A stretch of DNA of 64,000 nt from Rhodobacterales bacterium (GTDB lineage: Bacteria > Pseudomonadota > Alphaproteobacteria > Rhodobacterales > Rhodobacteraceae), in assembly GCA_031409795.1 (NCBI GenBank), contig JANNXX010000041.1, positions 11,210 through 75,209 of the forward strand. The letters are read 5' to 3'. Below are positions 39,102-46,707 of the stretch, piece by piece. The number at the start of each line of letters is the position of its first letter. Position 1 is the stretch's first letter. The notes below the pieces were generated by a model that saw nothing but the letters and a program-made list of their open reading frames with translations, did no database searches and was not told the origin of the DNA. A program made the position numbers and the translations under genes.

Positions 39102-39200
39102 GAGGCAACGGGGTCTCATCGCGCCTGTCCCCAAATCCGGGAAAGCCGAGCAATGCCGCTCGATCCGACGTCACTTCGACGAGGGATCTTGCGGCTTTTT
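39102..39200 (+). promoter_or_regulatory. ANTAR dual-hexaloop leader with overlapping intrinsic terminator
   Basis: Hairpin 1 GAGGC-AACGGG-GTCTC, hairpin 2 CGAGC-AATGCC-GCTCG (both loops have A1 and G4); terminator GCCGC..GATC...GATC..GCGGC-TTTTT shares the 3' arm of hairpin 2. Confidence 0.85.
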
Positions 39201-39240
39201 CCGTTTCAACGCCGCAGCCAAGGCCACGAGGATCGAACCC

Positions 39241-40599
39241 ATGACGCGCATCTCCGCATTCCTGATCAGCAGCGCTTTGTGCCTGCCCGCCTTCGCCGAA
39301 ACGCCCGGCATCGAAAAGGATGAACTGACCCTGGGCTTCATCAAGCTGACCGACATGGCGCCGCTTGCCGTCGCCAAGGAGAAGGGTTTTTTCGAGGACG
39401 AGGGCCTTTCGGTCACCCTGGTCGCCCAGTCGAACTGGAAGGTTCTTCTGGATGGCGTCGTTTCGGGCGAACTGGACGGGGCGCACATGCTGGCCGGTCA
39501 GCCGATTGCCGCCTCGATCGGCTATGGCACCAAGGCGGCGCTGGTGACGCCATTCTCGATGGACCTGAACGGTAACGCGATCACCGTGTCGAATGCCGTG
39601 TGGGAGGCGATGAAGCCAAACGTCCCGCTGGACGCCGAGGGCAAGCCGCAGCACCCGATCACCGCCGCCGCGCTGAAGCCGGTGGTCGAGGCTTATGCGG
39701 CGGAAGGCACGCCTTTCAACCTGGGAATGGTGTTCCCGGTCAGCACCCACAACTATGAACTGCGCTATTGGCTTGCGGCCGGCGGGATCAACCCCGGCCT
39801 CTACAGCCCGGATGACGTCTCGGGCCAGATCGGCGGCGAAGTGCTGATCTCGGTCACCCCGCCGCCACAGATGCCCGCGACCTTGGAGGCGGGAACGATC
39901 CTGGGCTACGCGGTGGGTGAGCCGTGGAACCAGGCGGCGGTGGCCAAGGGCATCGGTGTGCCGGTGATCACCGACAACGACATCTGGAAGAACAATCCGG
40001 AAAAGGTCTTAGGCCTGACCGCCGAATTCGTCGAGGCTAACCCGCAGACCACGCTGGACCTGACCAAGGCCCTGATCCGCGCGGCGATCTGGCTGGACGA
40101 GAACGACAACGCCAACCGCGCCGAAGCGGTGGAGATTCTGGCGCGCGCCGAATATGTGGGCGCAGATGCGGCAGTCATCGCCAACAGCATGACCGGTACC
40201 TTTGAATTCGAGCCGGGTGACGAGCGCCCCGCCCCCGACTTCAACGTCTTCTTCCGCTACAACGCGACCTTCCCTTATTACTCCGATGCGGTCTGGACCC
40301 TGACCCAGATGCGCCGCTGGGGGCAGATCGCCGAGGCCAAGCCTGACAGCTGGTATGACGAGACGGCAAAGTCGGTCTACAAGCCCGACATCTACAAGCT
40401 GGCCGCCGAGGCGCTGATCGCGGACGGCAAGGCCACGGCCGAGATGTTCGACTTTGACGCCGACGGCTACCGCGAGCCGACCGCCGAGTTCATCGACGGC
40501 ATCGCCTATGACGGCAAGACCCCCAACGCCTATATCGACAGCCTGCCGGTCGGCCTGAAGGGCGACCAGACGGTCGTCGCGGGCGAAGTGACGAATTGA
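39241..40599 (+). CDS. nrtA: Nitrate/nitrite ABC transporter substrate-binding protein
   Basis: Signal peptide; [38 protein letters not shown]. Confidence 0.93.
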   Translation: MTRISAFLISSALCLPAFAETPGIEKDELTLGFIKLTDMAPLAVAKEKGFFEDEGLSVTLVAQSNWKVLLDGVVSGELDGAHMLAGQPIAASIGYGTKAALVTPFSMDLNGNAITVSNAVWEAMKPNVPLDAEGKPQHPITAAALKPVVEAYAAEGTPFNLGMVFPVSTHNYELRYWLAAGGINPGLYSPDDVSGQIGGEVLISVTPPPQMPATLEAGTILGYAVGEPWNQAAVAKGIGVPVITDNDIWKNNPEKVLGLTAEFVEANPQTTLDLTKALIRAAIWLDENDNANRAEAVEILARAEYVGADAAVIANSMTGTFEFEPGDERPAPDFNVFFRYNATFPYYSDAVWTLTQMRRWGQIAEAKPDSWYDETAKSVYKPDIYKLAAEALIADGKATAEMFDFDADGYREPTAEFIDGIAYDGKTPNAYIDSLPVGLKGDQTVVAGEVTN

Positions 40600-40610
40600 G
40601 GGGTGGGCTG

Positions 40611-41693
40611 ATGACCATGATCCAGTCCGCTTTGCCCGTGCAGCCCGCGACTCCGGACCGGCGACCAACCCGGTTTCCCGCCTTCATCGGCAAGGCCGAC
40701 CCCTGGTTCCGGGCGCTGGGTCTGGCCTGGCTGACGCCGATCCTGCGCATCCTGTCCGGCGAGGCGCCGCGCGCGCAACTCAAGGATCTGTGGCGTCTTC
40801 TTGTGGTGCCGTTGCTGGCCATCATGGCCTTCCTGGCACTTTGGGCCTGGGCCGCGCCAAAGGTGCAGACGTCGCTTGGCGCGATCCCCGGCCCGGCGCA
40901 GGTGTGGGAGCAGGCGGGCATCCTGCACGCCGATGCCCTGGCAGCCCGTCAGAAAGAGGCCGAGTTCTACGCAGCGCAGGCCGAAAAGAACGCGGGTCTG
41001 GTGGCCGAAGGCAAGGCTGACAAGGTCAAGGACCGCGCCTACACCGGCAAGCCGACCTATTATGAACAGATCTTCACATCAATCCGCACGGTGTTCTTCG
41101 GCTTTGTGCTGGCGACGCTGGTGGCGGTGCCCTTGGGCATCCTGTCCGGCATGTCGGCTACGGCGAATGCCGCGCTGAATCCGCTGGTGCAGATCTTCAA
41201 GCCGGTCTCGCCGCTGGCCTGGCTGCCGATTGTCACCATGGTCGTCTCGGCCGCCACTGTCGGCGACGGGGCGATGTCGAAAAGCTTTGTGATTTCGGCG
41301 GTGACGGTGACGCTGTGTTCACTTTGGCCGACGCTGATCAACACCGCGTTGGGCGTGGCCAGCATCGACAAGGACTTGGTGAACGTGGGCCGGGTTCTGA
41401 AGCTTTCGACCTGGACCAAGATCACCCGGCTGGTCCTGCCCTCGGCTTTGCCGCTGATCTTTACCGGCCTGCGACTGTCGCTGGGCGTGGGCTGGATGGT
41501 ACTGATCGCGGCGGAAATGCTGGCGCAGAACCCGGGCCTTGGCAAGTTCGTCTGGGACGAGTTCCAGAACGGATCCGAACAGTCGCTGGCCCGCATCATG
41601 GTGGCGGTCTTCACCATCGGCATCATCGGCTTTCTTCTGGACCGGGTGATGTTCGCCTTGCAGCAGGCCTTTACCTTCAGCGGAAAGCGGTGA
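40611..41693 (+). CDS. nrtB: Nitrate ABC transporter permease
   Basis: FKPVSPLAWLPI, WPTLINTALG, IFTGLRLSLGVGWMVLIAAEML. Confidence 0.93.
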   Translation: MTMIQSALPVQPATPDRRPTRFPAFIGKADPWFRALGLAWLTPILRILSGEAPRAQLKDLWRLLVVPLLAIMAFLALWAWAAPKVQTSLGAIPGPAQVWEQAGILHADALAARQKEAEFYAAQAEKNAGLVAEGKADKVKDRAYTGKPTYYEQIFTSIRTVFFGFVLATLVAVPLGILSGMSATANAALNPLVQIFKPVSPLAWLPIVTMVVSAATVGDGAMSKSFVISAVTVTLCSLWPTLINTALGVASIDKDLVNVGRVLKLSTWTKITRLVLPSALPLIFTGLRLSLGVGWMVLIAAEMLAQNPGLGKFVWDEFQNGSEQSLARIMVAVFTIGIIGFLLDRVMFALQQAFTFSGKR

Positions 41694-41697
41694 CGCG

Positions 41698-43341
41698 ATG
41701 GGCATTCTGGACCTCAAGGGCGTGTCCAAGGGCTATGGCGCGACGCCCGTGCTGAAGCGGCTGGACCTGACCGTCGAGGATGGCGAGTTTCTGGCGATCC
41801 TCGGGTTTTCCGGCACCGGCAAGACCACGCTGATCAACCTTCTGGCCGGGCTGGAGCTGCCGGATGCGGGGCAGGTGCTGTTCCGTGGCCAGCCGGTGAC
41901 CGGGCCGGGGCCGGAGCGCGGGCTGGTGTTCCAGTCCTATGCGCTGATGCCCTGGCTGACCGTGGCGGGCAACATTGCCCTGGCTGTTGACGCGGTGTCG
42001 CAAGGCTCACGCGCCGAACGGGCGGCGCTGGTGGCAAAGTATATCGGCATGGTTGGCCTTGCCCATGCCGCCGACCGCCGTCCGGCAGAACTGTCAGGCG
42101 GGATGCGGCAGCGGGTGGCCGTGGCGCGGGCGCTGGCGATGCAGCCCGACGTGCTGTTGATGGACGAACCGCTGTCCGCCCTGGACGCGTTGACCCGGGC
42201 AAATGTGGCCTCCGAGATCGAGGCGATCTGGGCCGCCGAAAAGCGCACCGTTATCCTCGTCACCAATGACGTGGATGAGGCGCTGGTGCTGGCCGACCGC
42301 ATCCTTTGCCTGAATCCCGATGGCACGCTTGGGGCTGCGTTCAAGGTCGACCTCCCGCGCCCGCGCGACCGGTCTGCGATGAACGATGACCCGGCCTTCA
42401 AGACCCTGCGGGCCGAAGTCACGGCCTACCTGATGGACGTCGGCATCAGGGGCAAGGTTGACGGCACGCGCCTGCTGCCCGCCGTCACCCCGCGCCACGC
42501 CTTGCCCCGCGCCTATGCCGAAGCCGCGCGCAGTGCGACCGACGATCGCTATCTGCAGTTCTCGCAACTGCACAAGGTCTATGCCACGCCGAAAGGGCCG
42601 CTGACCGTGGTGAAGGATTTCAACCTGACCCTGAAGAAGGGCGAGTTCGTCAGCCTCATCGGCCATTCCGGCTGCGGCAAGTCCACCGTGCTGACCATGG
42701 CGGCTGGGCTGAACGACATCTCTAAAGGTGCGATCAAGCTGGACGGGCTGCACGTCGAGGGGGCGGACCCGGAACGGGCGGTGGTCTTCCAGTCGCCGTC
42801 GCTGTTCCCATGGCTGACCGCCCGCGAGAACGTGGCGATCGGGGTGGACCGGGTCTATCCCAAGGCCACTCAGGCCGAGCGGCAGGATGTGGTGGAGTAT
42901 TATCTGGAGCGGGTGGGGCTGGCAGATGCCATGCACAAACCCGCCGCCGAGCTTTCCAACGGCATGAAGCAGCGCGTGGGTATTGCAAGGGCCTTTGCCC
43001 TGTCACCGAAACTGCTGCTGCTGGATGAACCTTTCGGGATGCTGGACAGCCTGACCCGGTGGGAGCTGCAGGAAGTGCTGATGGAGGTCTGGTCGCGCAC
43101 GCAAGTGACCGCGATCTGTGTCACCCATGACGTGGATGAGGCGATCCTTCTGGCCGACCGCGTGGTGATGATGACCAACGGCCCCGAGGCGACCATCGGC
43201 AAGATCACCGAGGTGAACCTGCCCCGCCCCCGCACTCGCCGCGCGCTATTGGATCACGCCGACTACTGGCACTACCGGGCCGAGGTGCTGGGCTTTCTGG
43301 AATCGCACGACCACGGCGCGAAGAAGACGGAGGCCGCGTGA
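41698..43341 (+). CDS. nrtC: Nitrate ABC transporter ATPase with two fused ABC domains (NrtC/NrtD-like)
   Basis: Two Walker A (GFSGTGKT, GHSGCGKS), two signatures (LSGGMRQR, LSNGMKQR), two Walker B motifs. Confidence 0.92.
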   Translation: MGILDLKGVSKGYGATPVLKRLDLTVEDGEFLAILGFSGTGKTTLINLLAGLELPDAGQVLFRGQPVTGPGPERGLVFQSYALMPWLTVAGNIALAVDAVSQGSRAERAALVAKYIGMVGLAHAADRRPAELSGGMRQRVAVARALAMQPDVLLMDEPLSALDALTRANVASEIEAIWAAEKRTVILVTNDVDEALVLADRILCLNPDGTLGAAFKVDLPRPRDRSAMNDDPAFKTLRAEVTAYLMDVGIRGKVDGTRLLPAVTPRHALPRAYAEAARSATDDRYLQFSQLHKVYATPKGPLTVVKDFNLTLKKGEFVSLIGHSGCGKSTVLTMAAGLNDISKGAIKLDGLHVEGADPERAVVFQSPSLFPWLTARENVAIGVDRVYPKATQAERQDVVEYYLERVGLADAMHKPAAELSNGMKQRVGIARAFALSPKLLLLDEPFGMLDSLTRWELQEVLMEVWSRTQVTAICVTHDVDEAILLADRVVMMTNGPEATIGKITEVNLPRPRTRRALLDHADYWHYRAEVLGFLESHDHGAKKTEAA

Positions 43342-43348
43342 TGGGGGG

Positions 43349-43633
43349 CTATTCGGCGGCGTGGCGGGCGGATTTCGCCAGATCCTCTAGCATTTCGGCA
43401 GCCCTTTCCAGGAAGCCGGGCTTTCCGGGGGACAGCGGCAGGAACATCGCTCGGTCTATGCCACGCGAATCGACATCGCGCAGAAACTCTGCACGGCGGA
43501 GCATGAAATCGTGGACGCTGACGATATCGCCGCCGAAGTCTTGGCTCTTGACCGACCAAGCCCATTCTTCGCGCGTCGGTGTACGGGCTTCGCCATCGTC
43601 ATCGATCAGTGGGGTAGTCTTTCTCTGTGCCAT
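43349..43633 (-). CDS. Putative antitoxin, divergent BrnA-like
   Basis: Overlaps the brnT 3' end; N-terminal PLIDDDGEAR resembles BrnA N-termini; C-terminus only weakly similar. Confidence 0.6.
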   Translation of the reverse strand: MAQRKTTPLIDDDGEARTPTREEWAWSVKSQDFGGDIVSVHDFMLRRAEFLRDVDSRGIDRAMFLPLSPGKPGFLERAAEMLEDLAKSARHAAE

Positions 43634-43886
43634 ATTCCCTTATCTCACGTCGGTTCGCTTTCCTCAACGAAATGATGCGCAGGCGCGTGTAGCGCCAGGT
43701 GTAGATGCAGACGTGAAGGCGCGCGCCAAGCATGGCGTAGCGTGCAACCCGGCCCTCTCCATAGACGAATCGGTCGTCCGAAACCTCGGTGCCAGTTACC
43801 CAATCCAGGCGCATCGCATCAGCCAGCGACAGCCCGTGTTTGGCCCGGTTCACCCTGTCCTTCGCCTCATCCCATTCAAACTCCAT
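43599..43886 (-). CDS. brnT: BrnT-family ribonuclease toxin (DUF497)
   Basis: MEFEWDEAK..N.AKHGLS.A, DDR..YGE.R, RIISLRKAN hallmark motifs. Confidence 0.9.
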   Translation of the reverse strand: MEFEWDEAKDRVNRAKHGLSLADAMRLDWVTGTEVSDDRFVYGEGRVARYAMLGARLHVCIYTWRYTRLRIISLRKANRREIREYGTEKDYPTDR

Positions 43887-43951
43887 GCCGCCCACCCTAC
43901 CCGCGACGTGGTTAAGCAAATGTTGTCCTACGGGCGGATGGAGGCTCTCGC

Positions 43952-46375
43952 ATGAGACTGGTTGTCATCGGGGCCGGCATGGCCTCGGGTCGGATGCTGG
44001 AGCATCTGTTCGACGCGGGGTTTGCCGGTCAGGTCACGCTCTTCAACGGCGAGCCTCGGGGGAATTACAACCGCCTGATGCTGTCGCCGGTCCTGTCGGG
44101 CGAGAAGACCTACGCTGACATCATCACCCATGACGAGGACTGGTACGCCGAAAAGGGCGTGCAGTGCCGCTTTGGCGAACATGTGACCAAGATCGACCGG
44201 GACCGGAAGGTCGTGCTCAGCAAGGGCGGCGAGACGCCCTATGACGCGCTGGTGATCGCGACGGGATCGGCGCCGTTCATCATTCCGGTGGCGGGCAAGG
44301 ACCTGCCGGGCGTCTGCACCTACCGCGACCTTGAGGATACCAACGCGATGATTGCGGCATCCGCGCCGGGGGCAAAGGCGGTGGTCGTCGGCGGGGGCCT
44401 GCTGGGGCTGGAGGCGGCGGCAGGCATGGCGGCGCGGGGGGCGGAGGTGACGGTGATCCACCTGATGGGCCACCTGATGGAGCGGCAGCTTGACCCCTCG
44501 GCAGGGTATCTGCTGCAGAAGGACCTGGAACGCCGGAGCATCCGCATCCACTGCAAAGGGGCGACGAAGGCGATCCTTGGCAACGGCAAGGTCGAGGCGG
44601 TGCTGCTGGAGGACGGCACGATCTATGACGCCGATCTGGTCTGCATGGCCGTGGGCATCCGGCCGGAAATCCGCATCGCAACCGACGCGCATCTGGAGAT
44701 CGGGCGCGGGGTGGTGGTCAACGACCGGATGCAGACCAGCGACCCGGCGATCTGGGCGCTGGGGGAATGTGTCGAGCATGAAAAGCAGCTCTTCGGGCTG
44801 GTGGCACCCCTCTACGATCAGGCGAAGGTGCTGGCCTCCAGCCTGATGGGACAGGAAGCGGCCTTCAGGCCGGTGCAAACCGCGACCAAGCTGAAGGTCA
44901 CGGGCGTCGACCTGTTCAGCGCGGGCGACTTTGCCGACGGGCCGGGGCGCGAGGACATCGTGTTCCGCGATCCGGGGCGCGGGGTCTACAAGCGGCTGGT
45001 GCTGGAGGGTGACCGGCTGGTCGGCGCGGTCATGTATGGCGACACCGGCGACGGGGCCTGGTTCTTCGACAAGATCAAGACCGGAGAGGACGTGTCGGCG
45101 CTGCGCGACACGCTGATCTTCGGCCCGGCCTTTGCTGCGGGGGGGGCCCAGGCGGACCCTCTGGCAGCCGTTGCAGCCTTGCCGCCTGAGGCGGAAATCT
45201 GTGGCTGCAACGGCGTCTGCAAAGGGAAGATCATCACGGCAGTTGAAGGCGGTGCGGCCACGCTGGATGCGGTCCGCGCCCAGACCAAGGCCAGCTCAAG
45301 CTGCGGCACCTGCACCGGGCTGGTGGAAAAGGTCATGGCGCTGACGCTGGGCGAAAGCTTTGCCGCCAATGCCAATCCGCCGATGTGCAAATGCACCGAC
45401 CACACGCATGAAGACGTGCGGCGGCTGATCAAGGCAGGTGGGCTGAAAAGCATTCCGGCGGTGATGCAGGACCTGGGCTGGAAGACGGTGGGGGGCTGCG
45501 CCAGCTGCCGTCCGGCGCTGAACTACTACCTTCTGTCCGACTGGCCGCTGGACTATGCCGATGACCGGCAAAGCCGCTTCGTGAATGAACGCAACCACGC
45601 CAACATCCAGAAGGACGGCACCTATTCGGTGGTCCCTCGCATGTGGGGCGGGGTGACGACCTCGGCGGAACTGCGGGCGATTGCCGATGCGGCCGACCGC
45701 TACGGGGTGCCGATGATCAAGGTGACCGGCGGCCAGCGGATCGACCTGCTGGGGGTGAAAAAGCAGGACCTTCCGGGCATCTGGGCCGATTTCAACGCCG
45801 CCGGCATGGTGTCGGGCCATGCCTATGCCAAAGGCCTGCGCACGGTGAAGACCTGTGTCGGGTCCGAATTCTGCCGCTTCGGCACGCAGGATTCGACGGG
45901 GCTTGGGATCCGGCTGGAAAAGCTGCTCTGGGGGTCCTGGACCCCGGCGAAGGTCAAGCTGGGCGTCTCTGGCTGCCCCCGCAACTGTGCCGAGGCGACC
46001 TGCAAGGATATTGGCGTGGTCTGTGTCGACAGCGGCTATCAGATCAGCGTCGCCGGGGCGGCAGGGATGGATGTGAAGGAGACAGAACTTCTCTGCACCG
46101 TCCCGACCGAAGACGAGGCGATGGAGGTGATCGCGGCCTTCGTCCAGCTCTACCGCGAGAACGCGCGCTATCTGCACCGGATCTACAAATGGGTGGCGAA
46201 GGTCGGGCTTGACTGGTGCAAGGACCAGATTGCCGACACCGAAATCCGCCGGGCGCTGCGGGACCGTTTCCTGCAAAGCCAGGCGGTCTACCAGACCGAT
46301 CCCTGGGCTGATCTGGCGGAACGGCCTGCGGACTGGGCCCCGATTGCCGACCTGACGCTGAGGGCCGCCGAATGA
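43952..46375 (+). CDS. nirB: Assimilatory NAD(P)H nitrite reductase large subunit
   Basis: FAD site GAGMAS, NAD site GGGLLGLE, BFD-like CGCNGVC clusters, siroheme/4Fe-4S CVGSEFC and GCPRNC. Confidence 0.96.
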   Translation: MRLVVIGAGMASGRMLEHLFDAGFAGQVTLFNGEPRGNYNRLMLSPVLSGEKTYADIITHDEDWYAEKGVQCRFGEHVTKIDRDRKVVLSKGGETPYDALVIATGSAPFIIPVAGKDLPGVCTYRDLEDTNAMIAASAPGAKAVVVGGGLLGLEAAAGMAARGAEVTVIHLMGHLMERQLDPSAGYLLQKDLERRSIRIHCKGATKAILGNGKVEAVLLEDGTIYDADLVCMAVGIRPEIRIATDAHLEIGRGVVVNDRMQTSDPAIWALGECVEHEKQLFGLVAPLYDQAKVLASSLMGQEAAFRPVQTATKLKVTGVDLFSAGDFADGPGREDIVFRDPGRGVYKRLVLEGDRLVGAVMYGDTGDGAWFFDKIKTGEDVSALRDTLIFGPAFAAGGAQADPLAAVAALPPEAEICGCNGVCKGKIITAVEGGAATLDAVRAQTKASSSCGTCTGLVEKVMALTLGESFAANANPPMCKCTDHTHEDVRRLIKAGGLKSIPAVMQDLGWKTVGGCASCRPALNYYLLSDWPLDYADDRQSRFVNERNHANIQKDGTYSVVPRMWGGVTTSAELRAIADAADRYGVPMIKVTGGQRIDLLGVKKQDLPGIWADFNAAGMVSGHAYAKGLRTVKTCVGSEFCRFGTQDSTGLGIRLEKLLWGSWTPAKVKLGVSGCPRNCAEATCKDIGVVCVDSGYQISVAGAAGMDVKETELLCTVPTEDEAMEVIAAFVQLYRENARYLHRIYKWVAKVGLDWCKDQIADTEIRRALRDRFLQSQAVYQTDPWADLAERPADWAPIADLTLRAAE

Positions 46376-46707
46376 GTGCCATGATCGACATCGCCGCGCT
46401 TGACGACATTCCGCGGCAGGGCGCGCGGGTGGTGAAGACCGACGCGGGCTGTGTGGCGGTGTTCCGCACGGCGGACGATCAGGTCTTCGCGCTGGAGGAT
46501 CGCTGTCCGCACAAGGGCGGCCCGCTGTCCGAAGGCATCGTCCACGGCACGCAGGTCACCTGCCCCTTGCATGCCTGGGTCTTCGATCTTGCGACCGGGC
46601 AAGCAGAGGGCGCTGATGCAGGCAGTGTGCAGACCTATCCGGCGCGGACGGACGGCGGGCGGGTGTTTCTGGACGCGACCTTCCTTCTCAGCCGGTCGGC
46701 GGCGTGA
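46372..46707 (+). CDS. nirD: Nitrite reductase small (Rieske) subunit
   Basis: CPHKGGPLSEG and CPLH Rieske motifs. Confidence 0.95.
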   Translation: MSAMIDIAALDDIPRQGARVVKTDAGCVAVFRTADDQVFALEDRCPHKGGPLSEGIVHGTQVTCPLHAWVFDLATGQAEGADAGSVQTYPARTDGGRVFLDATFLLSRSAA

